From NCBI RefSeq assembly GCF_032191835.1, contig NC_083229.1:97588001-97652000 (forward strand): a stretch of 64,000 bases of DNA, in the 5' to 3' direction. A model generated the notes under the pieces. It saw only the letters and a list, made by a program, of their open reading frames with translations. It did not search any database and was not told where the DNA came from. The position numbers and the translations under genes are program-made. Numbering within the stretch: the first letter of the stretch is position 1; each line of letters opens with the position of its first letter. Source of the stretch: Heteronotia binoei. Its lineage: Eukaryota. This document shows positions 37,083-48,448 of the stretch, one piece after another.

Positions 37083-39037
37083 AGGGGGGGTGGGGGGTGG
37101 GCTCCCTCTGGGTGTCCTGCCCCCCCCCAGGGAAAGTGTATGCGCAATACATCGCCTCGCCTCTCCCGGTGTAGTGAATGCTGCGTGGTCACTGTCTGGC
37201 TACGCCTGGCAGATGGTCACTGCAATGGCCTCTCCTACATTACTGCATCCATGGCAACACCTTCTCGCTGGTCCCCCCCGTTTTTCACAGAGTTTGCCAC
37301 GTCATGGTGCGACCGAATATCCGGCGGTATAACCGGATGGGCAGGCGGGGCTCACCAACCTCGCCAGCCAAGAGAAGGAAAACTCTAACATCAAGCCCGG
37401 GCAGACAGAGCTCGTTAATGTAACATCTACCACCTGGAGGACTCACTACCGGCGTCCCGGCTTACTGGGCCATGGCAGATGACCCCAAGGTGAAAGGGTG
37501 GAGCCAGTACTGCGCACACTGCGCTTCACCTAAAAATTCCTCTGCGCAGGCCTGAAAGGTATCCACATCCACAACCCACAACATATCAAGTCCTGCAGCG
37601 ATGGGCAAGGGATGAAACGGCAGGTGGAAGATGCCACTGGAAGCCGCAGTCCCGATCCTGCATGTAGGCGGTTCAGGGTATTGGTCGCCTGATGCTGACC
37701 CGGAGATGAAAGCATTTTTCGGCAGCACCCTGAACGACCAAGCATCCTTATTTAGGGACAGCACTGCTTGCTCCGTATGGAGAGGGGCCTAGAAAAGGTG
37801 GCCTAAACAAAGCTCGTCTCCTCCCCCACAGTTGGCTAGCCGCGGTCAACGGGCATCCTTACTTGCGGTTGAAAAATAACAACAAAGAAAAGGCATGCAC
37901 CTGCCTCACAAAGTGTGCAAAGACTAAAGCTTGCATGTTGGAAAATCAGAACCATGCTTGACACAGTAAATAGTGGTCGCCCTGAATGACGCTCTGTTCT
38001 AGTTGCCCACGAACTTCTCAGGTTGAATATCGACATAGCAGCTCTAAGTGAGGTCCATTTCCCACTCGGTATCAGCTCTGCAGCATATGACGTCCTGCTT
38101 TGCAGAGGCTGCCAAGCTATTCGGCCTAGATGTTAGTCTGAAGAAGACAGAAGTTCTCCACCAGCCTGCACCTCAGGAAGATTATCACCCTCCTTGCATC
38201 ACTGTGGGTGAATCAGTTTTGAAGACAGTCCAGCAGTTCAGCTACCTGGGGTGCATCATCTCCTCAGACGCCAAGATCGACAAGGAGATTGACAATAGGC
38301 TGGCAAAGGCAAACCATGCATTTGGCCGACTGCATAAAAGAGTGTGGAGCAATAAGCATTTGAAAAAAGGCACAAAGATCAATGTTTATAAAGCGGTTGT
38401 GATGACAACCCTCATCTACGGCTCCGAATCGTGGGTTTTATACTGTCATCACCTGCGACTCCTTGAGCGGTTTCATCAGCGCTGCCTTCGCACCATCCTC
38501 AACATCCACTGGAGTGACTTTGTGACCAACACTGAAGTCCTCAAGCGGGCGGAGGTTACAAGCATCGAGGCACTGCTGTTGAAGACACACCTGCGCTGGG
38601 CAGGGCATATTTCCAGGATGGAAAACCACCGCCTTCCCAAGATTGCCCTGTATGGTGAACTTTCCACCGGCCATCGAAATAGAGGGGCACCAAAGAAGAG
38701 GTACAAGGTCTCCTTGAAGAAATCCCTTGGTACCTGTTGCATCAACCATCACCAGTGGTCTGACCTAGTTTCAGATCGCAAAGCATGGAGGCACACCATC
38801 CACCAGGCTGTCTCTTCCTTTGAGAACGCATGCATAGCTGGTCTTGAGGACAAAAGGAGATTGAGGAAGAATCGCACTGCTACAGCACCAACCCCAAATC
38901 AGACTTTTCCCTGCAGCCACTGTGGCCGGACCTGCCTGTCCCGCATTGGTCTTGTCAGCCACCAGCGAGCCTGCAACAGATGTGGACTACTGCACCTTTC
39001 TTAAATCTTCGTTCGTGAAGTCAAGCCAAGAAGAAGA
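37083..39037 (+). mobile_element. Internally deleted RTE-clade LINE
   Basis: 12-bp TSD atgtggtagact (37071-37082, 39038-39049) and (AAG)n tail. The EN N-terminus (LACWKIRTMLD..NIDIAALSE, 37921-38060) is joined directly to the RT C-terminus. Confidence 0.88.
38048..39004 (+). pseudogene. RTE ORF C-terminal part (post-catalytic RT region and C2H2-like finger)
   Basis: FGLDVSLKKTEV, FSYLG, YKAVVMTTLIYGSESW, LRWAGH, CSHCGRTC..H. Confidence 0.85.
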
Positions 39038-41749
39038 ATGTGGTAGACTTGTGAAAGAGCGAAAAAGTATTGACAGATGATTCAACAAGAGATTTCTAAG
39101 ATCTTGGGATACGAATTTAACAAAGTTGCAGAGACTTTTCTGTTGGGATTACAAATGGAAAAATTTTCAAAAGAAGACAGAACTTTAATCTGGTACTTGC
39201 TCTGAGCTGCTAGGACATTGTATGTGCAGTTGTGGAAGCAAGAAAAAATACCAGAGAAATGGGATTGAATTGTAAAAGTTATGAGATGGAGTGAAATGGA
39301 CAAGTTAACAAGAACCTTAAGAGACTATGATTTAGAAGTATTTAAGACGGAGTGGGAAAAGTTCAGAAGATACGTAGAAAAAGAGTGGAAAATAAAAGGA
39401 CACTGGACAATTTTTGATAATGACTAAGTATTAGAGGAGGATATTAATTTTGGTTCTTATTAATTAAGGGTACCTTTAATATTAAGATTTTAAGTATACA
39501 ACACCAGCGGGGGTCAAGTAACGGGGGAGGGGTGGGTAGAAAATAATATATGAGATAGATTTTTTAAAAAGTAATTATTAATGATGTAAGAAATTGAAAT
39601 TTATTATCATATGTTACTAATAAAATTATTTGAAACAGTAATGAGGGAACAACTGGACTGCCAAATGTTAGTAATACTTTGCATGTCTAGTGGGAGTGAT
39701 TAAGGTGCTCAGCCGATTTCAGTTGAAAAGGGCTCACTCGGCTGCCAAACACATTTCTCAGGTGCTGCTCAGCTTGAGACTTGATATTCCAAAAAGGCAT
39801 ATAGCCATTGAACTGGCAAATGTTCAAGCAAACCTTCTGAGGCTGGTGAACTCAATGTGAGAAGCCTCCTCTGCTATCAGACAAGGAAAAGCTGGAATGA
39901 CTTCCACAGTCTTTTAGTACTCCCCTCTGGAGTGTCTGTGCAGCTGTTATCCGCTCAGTACTCCTGAATTTTAAGGGGCTTCTGCTATTGATCTTACCCA
40001 TCATGAGAATTAATCGAGCTTTGAAAGCACCAGGTGGAGGTGTACAAAGATACTTCTCAGTATTTTGGCAGTTAGAAAAGAAAGTTTGCTTAGCGTATTA
40101 ACAGCAAGACCAGCATTTTCTGCATCTTTTCTTAGCAAGGGAGTTGGGTCTTCACTTTGATCTACAAGCAAAATATTACTCTGGAAGACCTTAGAGACAA
40201 TAGATAAGGCCACAAAATAATTTGAGGTCAGAATGTTGTACATGAAGGAATTAGCAGGGACAAAATCTCTGATTCTGCTTTACTTAGGAGCAGAAGAGGA
40301 GATAAGATCACTCAGATTCACTTTTGAACTACCATTGCCTTACATACTTTGTTTCTAATGCAGATACTTCTCCCAAATGAATAAACGCATGTCTGTTGGA
40401 GGAGGAGGAAGAGAAAAGAATACAAACAATACAAGCAGTTTATTCCAAAGTCTAGATGTCAGGACTGTTTCAAGTTCAGTAGCTTGTTCTGATGCAGTCT
40501 ATAGCCTTGAAATCCTGATTTAACTCTTGATTAATCAAGTTCAAAACAATAGTCCAAAAAGAAAGCTGAAGTTGGTGAGGCATTAGATAAGCAGCTGAAG
40601 AGAGGTTTTCTTAATGTAGGCTGTATGTAGCTAGATACAGTACCAAGCTACTTCCAAGTTGTTTTCAAATGGCCTCATGTTATGGATCCTGGCTATGAGC
40701 TCCATAGGTTTGCAGAAGATCCCAAAGAACTGGTACAAAAGATCCAGGTTTACTTACAAGAAGATCTTTAATAACACATCAGAGTTATCAAAGAAGAAGC
40801 AGGCTAAGCTTCATTGTGGCTGCCCTTGAGAATGCACATGCAAAGCGAAATCTAACCAAACCTCAAGACCCAGTGCATATCTAAAAATAGGCATCTTATA
40901 CTCTAAATGCCGGCTGCGCATCAAAGAATGAGTGATTAAGATATTCCAGACACTTTGATGAGCCAGACCATCCTGCACCTGACTTCCAGTAGGTGGAAGA
41001 AACAACCCAGGCTTTAAAAATAAGCACTGCTAACAAGCATGAAAGAAAGAAATATCCCCTGAGAGAAGCTAACATTGTCCTCTCCCAGAGCAACTAAGCA
41101 CCAGATGGAGTTCCCCAGGCCTATACACCTTGCTGGTGACCTTGCTGATATTTCTAATGCTGGCAGGTCCACGAATCCCACAAAGGCAGCTTCTTACAGC
41201 AAAAGGCACAGGATGAGATAGCCTGTCATAAGATGCTTCCTGAATGAAAAGTGTTTATCCATGGTCTCTCCAAAATGTTTGTTTAAAATGTTGTAAGACA
41301 GAGGTCATAAAATCCCTATTAGAATAAGGGAAACTTTTTAAGTGATTGATGGTGAGCTGCTAAAGAGCTGCTAAAGATTAACAGATTTTTTTTTCTGAAT
41401 GGTTGTGCCTATTCATAGACTCAAAGAGCCATGATTTTTGCATTGCTTTTCAATGCAGCTAATGGATTCACAATCAATAGCTTTTAGTTGTACATATAAC
41501 ACACAACTTGTACATATTTATTAAGACCGAAGTGTTAGGCACTAATATTTACAGCTAAGCATCACATCTGATGCAAGGTTCCTCTATGTATGACATACCA
41601 TCATGAAAGATGTATGTGGTATTGCCTTCATTGTGCTGCTTCTTAGTTGTTTCATCAGGAGCTTTATTTACTGTTGAGTGAATGTATAGGGACCATAAAG
41701 CCTATGCTGTAGAAAATAGTGACTTCCCCACACACACACACATTGATTC

Positions 41750-41751
<2 letters not shown>

Positions 41752-41810
<59 letters not shown>
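41752..41810. repeat. (TTA)n microsatellite
   Basis: About 19 perfect units. Confidence 0.97.
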
Positions 41811-42994
41811 GAAGATATTTAATAGCCTGTATTTACTTTAGGAGGCATGCCAACTTCTCTTGTACCATTCCACAACAAATCTGTAAACACCACACCTGTT
41901 CATATGCATCATCAAGAACCCTTGATAAAGCACAGGACATATTTTAAATGCTTACTTAAATACATACTTATTTTGCCATACCATTCTTTCAAAGCATCGC
42001 AATGGACATATATAGCCTACAGTTCTGTCGTCCCAAACAAAGCAAAAAAGAAGAAACTCTTTGGGTTATTTTTACTTGGGTTAATTTGGGTTAATTTTTC
42101 TTCGTTAATATTTGTCTTCCTTTTCCCACCACCACCACCTTCTTTTTGGTGAGCTGCCGGGCTTCAAAGCCACATGATCATCGTGATGGGAATGACTCAC
42201 ATGCTGCAATGCAGCTGAGTCACTGATCCTACCTCATATGCTTACTTACCTTGATGAGCCATCATGCTCAATAGGTCTTGTTTGGGAACTTTTCCTTTCC
42301 ATCTCTCTGACATCACAGAAACAGAACATGTATTCAGATTGTATCACAAGACAAAAATCCTTTCATTTTGTTCTCTGCTTTCTGTTCTACAAAAGAAGTA
42401 ATCTCCTGAAGCTTACTCATAAAGAAAGGGCTCACATACTTAGGAGAGCTTTTCCAGCTCAAGTAAACATCTATTCAAGTTTCTTCAAGGGTAATAAAGC
42501 CAAAATGTTGACAAGTGGTCAACCCAGTATAATGACTTGGTAGTAATCACATCAAATAGAAGGTGGGGACACTGGATCGCGACCATGTGAAAAAATAGAG
42601 TAGAATAAGCACCCTAGAGCATCCCTGAATAAACTTTCTATCACATTTTCAAGGCTAGAAACTGTATGAATTGTAATTGTTCCAGATGAGGTAGCCATGT
42701 TATTTTATAAAGCAAAAGAACAGTGGCACACAATATATAAAATACAAAAATACAAAATATTGTGCACAAACAAACACTCTTGACTGGTGTATACAAAGTT
42801 CTATTATCATGAAATGAACAGCCTACAACAGTGGGCATACATTCATACAGTATAAATAGAAAACAAACAACAGTCTCAAAACAATATTCCAAGGAGGACC
42901 CCACACAGTCACTGAGTTTTCCAAACTGAGTACTAAGACTCAATAATAAAGTTCCACAGGAGTCCCTCCGTTGCTTGTTGACTTATGAAGGACA

Positions 42995-43240
42995 AATTCT
43001 AGCCTTCACGCAAACCCCGGCTTTGATTGTGTTCCGCTGCTCCTGCAGCTTCCTCGTAAGTCAACTGAAACCTCCAGCCAAGTTCTTTCTCAAACGCCCA
43101 TTTTGGTATCTTAATTTGCGGCTTGATACCAAAATGGGCGTTTGAGAAAGAACTTGGCTGGAGGTTTCAGTTGACTTACGAGGAAGCTGCAGGAGCAGCG
43201 GAACGCAATCAAAGCCGGGGTTTGCGTGAAGGCTAGAATT
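42995..43240. repeat. 246-bp near-perfect palindrome (unclassified fold-back element)
   Basis: 116-bp arms (42995-43110, 43125-43240) with one mismatch and a 14-nt loop. Confidence 0.92.
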
Positions 43241-44346
43241 GTGGAGGTCATATGAACCCAGTCATCACATACCAACAGTGCTTCAGAAGAAACCTCATGT
43301 CACTAAACTGATCAGTGCTACATACATTTCCTCATATTATTTGAACCATGGTAAGAAGCACTACAGCTATCTCAGGATCAATGTCAAACACTGAAGTTCA
43401 CTTCATAGAAGTCAGCTGCAAGGAGCAAACACTAACTGAAATTATTATACCATTTGTTTCAACTGGAATTACACATAATGGTTAGAGAACTGAACCAGGA
43501 TGTGGGAGACCAGGTACAAATACCCAATCAACCATGAAATTCACTGGGACAGCTTTGGCTGCCCTGAGTTCTTTGGAGGAACAGCAGGCTAAAAATAAAG
43601 TACGTTAACTGATGAGTAACTTCCCTCAACAAGACAGAAAAAAGGTCATACTGTGTTCCCAATGTCAATCGCCATACATGGCAAGTTTAGTAGTGTCATC
43701 TGCTTAACCAGAAGTTAACAAACAGAATGGACAATATATTTCAGTTCCTTATTTCATTGTGCTTCTGTTTTCCTCCAGAGAAGCAGCAGATAAACATTTG
43801 GCTAAATTAATTTGGCTTTATCAAATTGTTTACACGGAGAGAGGAAGCTATGTCTAGCTGGAAACCAGCCACGGTAATTAAGAAAAGATATATTTCTCTT
43901 GGCTGGAATTTACACCACTATTTTGTCCAATTATCCCTGACATTTCACCTATCATCCTGAGAACATTTTTTGAGGAGGAAGAAACAACCTCTTGCATTGA
44001 CACAAAATAAATAGGAAACAAATTCAATAAATAATTTGGGGACAACTCCTACCAGGCAATTCCTACAGGAGGTAATTACATTGTAGTCTTATTTATCCTC
44101 CTTTCTTTAGGCATATGTTACTTTGTGTGTGTGTGTGTTTTCACTATCTCAGCATATATTTCTAACCAGAAGTTTGGGTAACTGTGAAAACCCCACTGCT
44201 CACTGATGCATGATCCCTCCATAAGGATGTTGAGGACTCACTTTATGACCTTCTTGGGCAGCAGTTCTCCAATACAACTGTGTGAATTAACAGAACTCAG
44301 AGGGTGATACTAAAGTCATCTAGATCAATCAACTGGGAGGGAAGGT

Positions 44347-44545
44347 GGCATACTGTAGCTCACTCTCAACAGGTCCCAGAAGCTAAGGGTTGGTACTTGG
44401 AAAGAAGACCACCAAGAAAGACCCTGCAGAGAAAGGCAATGGCAAGCCATCTCTGCTTCTCACTTGCCTTGAAAGCCTTTTGCTGTGGTTGCCATAAATT
44501 GACTTTTCAACTTGACGGTACTTTACACATGCATGTGCACACACA
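44347..44545 (+). mobile_element. 5S rRNA-derived SINE with BovB/Sauria-like tail
   Basis: 5S internal promoter remnants gaagctaag and gtacttgga..agacc, followed by aaggcaatggcaagcca and a (CA)-rich tail. Confidence 0.65.
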
Positions 44546-44639
44546 CAGGTCAATCAATAAATTCTTCCTTCTTTCAAAGTCTTTACTAGATTTGGTATCT
44601 GCCACACTTGCTCAGTTACTAATTTTTTGTAGACATACA

Positions 44640-44747
44640 CAGGGCTTTTTTTTTCAGCAGGAACACACAGGAACGCAGATGGTCAGGGGGGGTGGCCTAA
44701 TATGCAAATGAGTTCCTGCTGGGCTTTTTCTACAAAAAAAAGCCCTG
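44640..44747. mobile_element. MITE (TIR CAGGGCTTTTTT family)
   Basis: cagggctttttttt ... aaaaaaaagccctg; roughly the reverse orientation of 28483-28594. Confidence 0.75.
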
Positions 44748-45010
44748 GGCATAAGTGTGTATATAGATCAAGTTTAAGACTCAGACCTTTCTCATTTTTC
44801 TTCTTTAAATTCCAGGAACACTCTGATGAAGTAAGCACTATGTGTAGCTTTCCTTTTTCCTTTTTATGTTTTGCCTGCTTCTATTCTCCCTTCAGTTCTG
44901 CTTAGTAGTTACCAAAAGCTTGGGTGCAGTTCAGTATGCAGAACCAGAGGCAAGAAGCATAGGCAAGACCAAACCTCAGTCAGGATTCCAAGTGGGCAGA
45001 TCTCTACAAC

Positions 45011-45619
45011 CAGGACCAGTCCTCCTGTTAGGCAAACTAGGCGGTTGCCTAGGGCGCTGAGAGGCAGGGGCGGCAAATTGGGCTCTTGCCTCCCCTCTGG
45101 CTCCCCAGGCAAGCACTTAACTTGCCTCCCTCCCCCCTCCCCGCCGCTGCCACCACTAGCCTCCTCTGGGCTGCCGCCACCCACCCCCCCACCCCCCCCA
45201 GCATGGTGTCCCACCCGCCCCTGCCCCCCCCCCCGGCACTCTGCTGGCCTGCTTGCCACCGCTTCGCTATTCTCTGGCTCCCTTCCCCCTGGGGCTTGCC
45301 GGCTAAAAGTAAGGTTAGCCGGCGAGCAGCCCACGCCTGCGTGTTTTGTCACTTAACAAAACATGCAGGCATGGGCTGCTCACCAGTTAAGCTTCCTTTT
45401 AGCTGGCGAGCCCCAGGGGGGAGGGAGCCAGTGAACAAGCAGAGCACCGCCGCTTTTAGTGGCGGCGGGCAGGCCAGCAGAGCACCGGGGGGCGGGACAC
45501 TGCCCCAAGAGGTAGGGATGGGGGGTGGGGAGGGGGCATGGAGCTGTAGAGCTACAGGGAGGAGCCATGGGGGGCACTATGGGGGGGTCTGCCTAGGGTG
45601 CCCCAGGGCATCAGGCCTG
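45011..45619. mobile_element. GC-rich non-autonomous hAT-like element
   Basis: CAGG...CCTG ends with a perfect 8-bp TSD tctacaac (45003-45010, 45620-45627); internal ~150-bp hairpin. Confidence 0.75.
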
Positions 45620-45833
45620 TCTACAACAACCAGAGGAAAAGATGTGGGGTCAAATTTCAAAAAGGCTGAGATATGAGGCAAACTGCAAGCGCAGCATGGT
45701 TTACATGTTTTGAGGTTCTTTGATTGCCTCTCTGAGTCAAGGGCTGGTAGGTGATCAGGTGAGCTCTTTTCAGGAGGAAAACTGCAGCCAGGAGACATTG
45801 CAGGCTGCAGCAGTTAACCATGTCAAGTAGGCT

Positions 45834-46221
45834 TAGGGCTGCCAAGCCCCCAGGCCAGGCGGGGGTTCTCCCACCCTGGAGGTTCCCAATCAACCGGTCC
45901 ACATTGGGCCAGCAAGGGAGACCTCTCCTGATGTTGCTGGATATCATCATGCTAGCAATGTTGCTCGCTAGCTGCTGTAGGCGTTTCCGATAAAACTCTA
46001 TGGTTTTCCTGGACATTATAGTTGTACCATAGAGTTTTCCCTCCCAAATCGCTTAGAGATCCAGAAAAGCCATAGAGTTTTCCTGGAAATGCCTACAGCA
46101 GCCAGTGAGCAACGTCGCTGATGTGATGGCATAACTTCTGGGTGACATCATTGTGCCACGCGTGCGTTGCGTGCATGAAAAAAGTTCCCCGTCGAAGGCT
46201 GTGGGGGACTTGGGAACCCTA
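45834..46221. mobile_element. Non-autonomous hAT (Ac-like) element
   Basis: tagggctgccaag ... cttgggaacccta, with a perfect TSD agtaggct (45826-45833, 46222-46229). Confidence 0.85.
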
Positions 46222-48448
46222 AGTAGGCTTGTGTGACATGGGGCTCAGAGTGATAAGAGTTCAAGTTCTGCCCTGGGACATTTTGGCAGGGGGAAGAGAC
46301 TGTCTTCATAGCTATAGTGAAGCTTCCCTTAAACAGGATGAATAATATGAACAAAATAATAAAATCATCTATATGTGTCGTAAAACCACCCTTACTACTC
46401 TTAAAACAAGGACTGCTTTTGACCCATTGAGGGGATCAATGTTGCTTTTTAACTAGGCTTTGTAGGTGCCAAATATTTCCTTTCTCACGTTTGTGCATAA
46501 CTCCTGTGGACATCAAAAGTACAATATATACCTTCACAATGCATAAGAAACTGTAGCCTAAAGTCCCTCCTCGCCCCCTTCCAGCAGTGCTCTACAAATA
46601 CAAAATTTGGGACTGTGGAGATAAGCATCCCAAGTTTTGGCAGTTTTAATAGAATGTAAGGGGTCCATTGCTCCCACTACAAAACCACTGTGAGAAGCAG
46701 TCAGGACTGTTTCAAAAGGTTTACAAAGGAAGAGAATGCAAGCATGACAAGGTTCTTCATGTGGCACAAGAGGCAGTTATGCTACATTCTCTTCAAAGCT
46801 ATTGAAACATGCCACATCTCTGGCATTAAGGGAGACTGAGAAAGTAATAGCTGTGTGTGCACTGAGACGAGTACCAATCTGTTAGGCTCTGATCCTCCTT
46901 GCTGGAGGAAGAAAGCAGCAGAAGGATGCTGAAATGTCTGCTCATTGTAAGACCAGGACCATCAGTCATAATGGCAGCTTATTATCAGCATTTCCCCACA
47001 CACACACACACACCATTTTTTTCTCAGTCTACTGCTTTAATCATACATGCTGCATTCTCTTCACTCTTCCAGTATGCATGGTTGAAGTAGAAAAAGGCAA
47101 GCAAATTACTGGCTGCTTTTAAATGAAAATTCTATGGGACATACAAAAAGCAATGGAAAATCTCACAAGGATATATGGTGCCTTTTATACTGTGCATGGA
47201 ACAGAATGCTGTTTGAGAAAGAAAAGTATTTTGTTTTTATGTCAAATCTAGGATATGAGTGAGTTGTACAAATGACATGTGAAATTACATCAAAAATTAT
47301 TCTAGGGCAACATCAGCTTGTCTTCTTTGGGTAGACCTTCTTGACTATAACCATTGGGTCATCTTGAGAGTATGGTACCTGTGTAAGCTAGGCTGGGGAA
47401 CAGTGTGTAATTTAAACTGTTTGTACAATAGATACTACTACATTTTTACCTCTTCCATTCTCCGAGGAGGTTAATCTTCCTCCATTTATCTTCACAGCAA
47501 ATCTGTGAGGTAAATTAGGCTGAGAGAAATCGACTGGCCAAAGTCACCCAGCTAGCTCCAGGGCCCAGTGGGAATTTTGAACCCAGGTTTCTCCTTTCAT
47601 AGTCTTTCAACATCTTACTAGTTCATCCTAAGATAGATATTGTGTAATATACAGCCTTCTGAAACAGCTGTAGCTATGTAATCACATGGGGATAGTTCTA
47701 CATTGATTCCAATACTGTAACAAAATAAAATTGTATCCAGGGACCCATTATCCTTGAATGATGATTCATTACTTCTCAGTGATTTAATAAAGACCCGGAG
47801 GCAGCAAATTCCATCCACTCTAGCATGCATGAAATAATGACTCTACATAAAGACTTCCTCCTAAGAATCCTGATAACTCCAGGCCTTTTAGTGTAGGAGG
47901 TGTTCAGTTTATAGAATGGTAGATAAATCAAAAATTAATTCCAATAATGATCATGGAATTAAATTATTCTCATTACTAACAGTATAGAGTGTCCTTGCAT
48001 TAGTGTTGCATAGTTAACCATGCTGGCTACTCTTGTTATCCAAATCAGTTGTAGGTCAATCCTGTCACATATGTAATCCCTTACATGTGAAAAACCCAAA
48101 ATAAGAATTATGGGGTAAAAGGAGAACCTTTTAGTCTGTTATATACATGACTCTTAGCTTGACACAATAAATCCCATATTTTAAAAGACCAGAATGAGAC
48201 AAGCACTTAACCAGCAAATAACACTATCTTAACCAAGATACAGACTAGAATATGAGATCCAGTATGAGAAAGCAAGAGAGAAACCAATAAAAACATTCAC
48301 TTTGCACAGTTGCAATGTGTGTTTGTATTCCTTTAGCAAATACCTTTCACTTGACTAGTCTGGAGCAAACCAGCCCAGAGAGAGGAGATATGTGAGTGCT
48401 TGCCTAAATAAAGACCACATGAGGATAGACAGGATCAGAATTTATCAT

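Larger units (their letters stand above)
36340..39638 (+). mobile_element. 5'-truncated L1 split by a nested RTE
   Basis: ORF 36351-37079 ends RCWKCKKHEGSFYHMW and continues at 39050. Perfect 19-bp TSD taatgagggaacaactgga (36321-36339, 39639-39657). Confidence 0.9.

Noticed and set aside
39900-41220. Possible very old LINE or retroelement remnant
   Set aside because: Only faint motif resemblance (EETTQALK..APDGVP); too degraded to classify.
44347-44420. 5S rRNA gene
   Set aside because: Only degenerate internal promoter boxes fused to a SINE tail; not a full 5S sequence.
44871-45676. Pro/Gly-rich ORFs of 147-196 aa
   Set aside because: They arise from the GC-rich, stop-poor interior of a non-autonomous DNA transposon.
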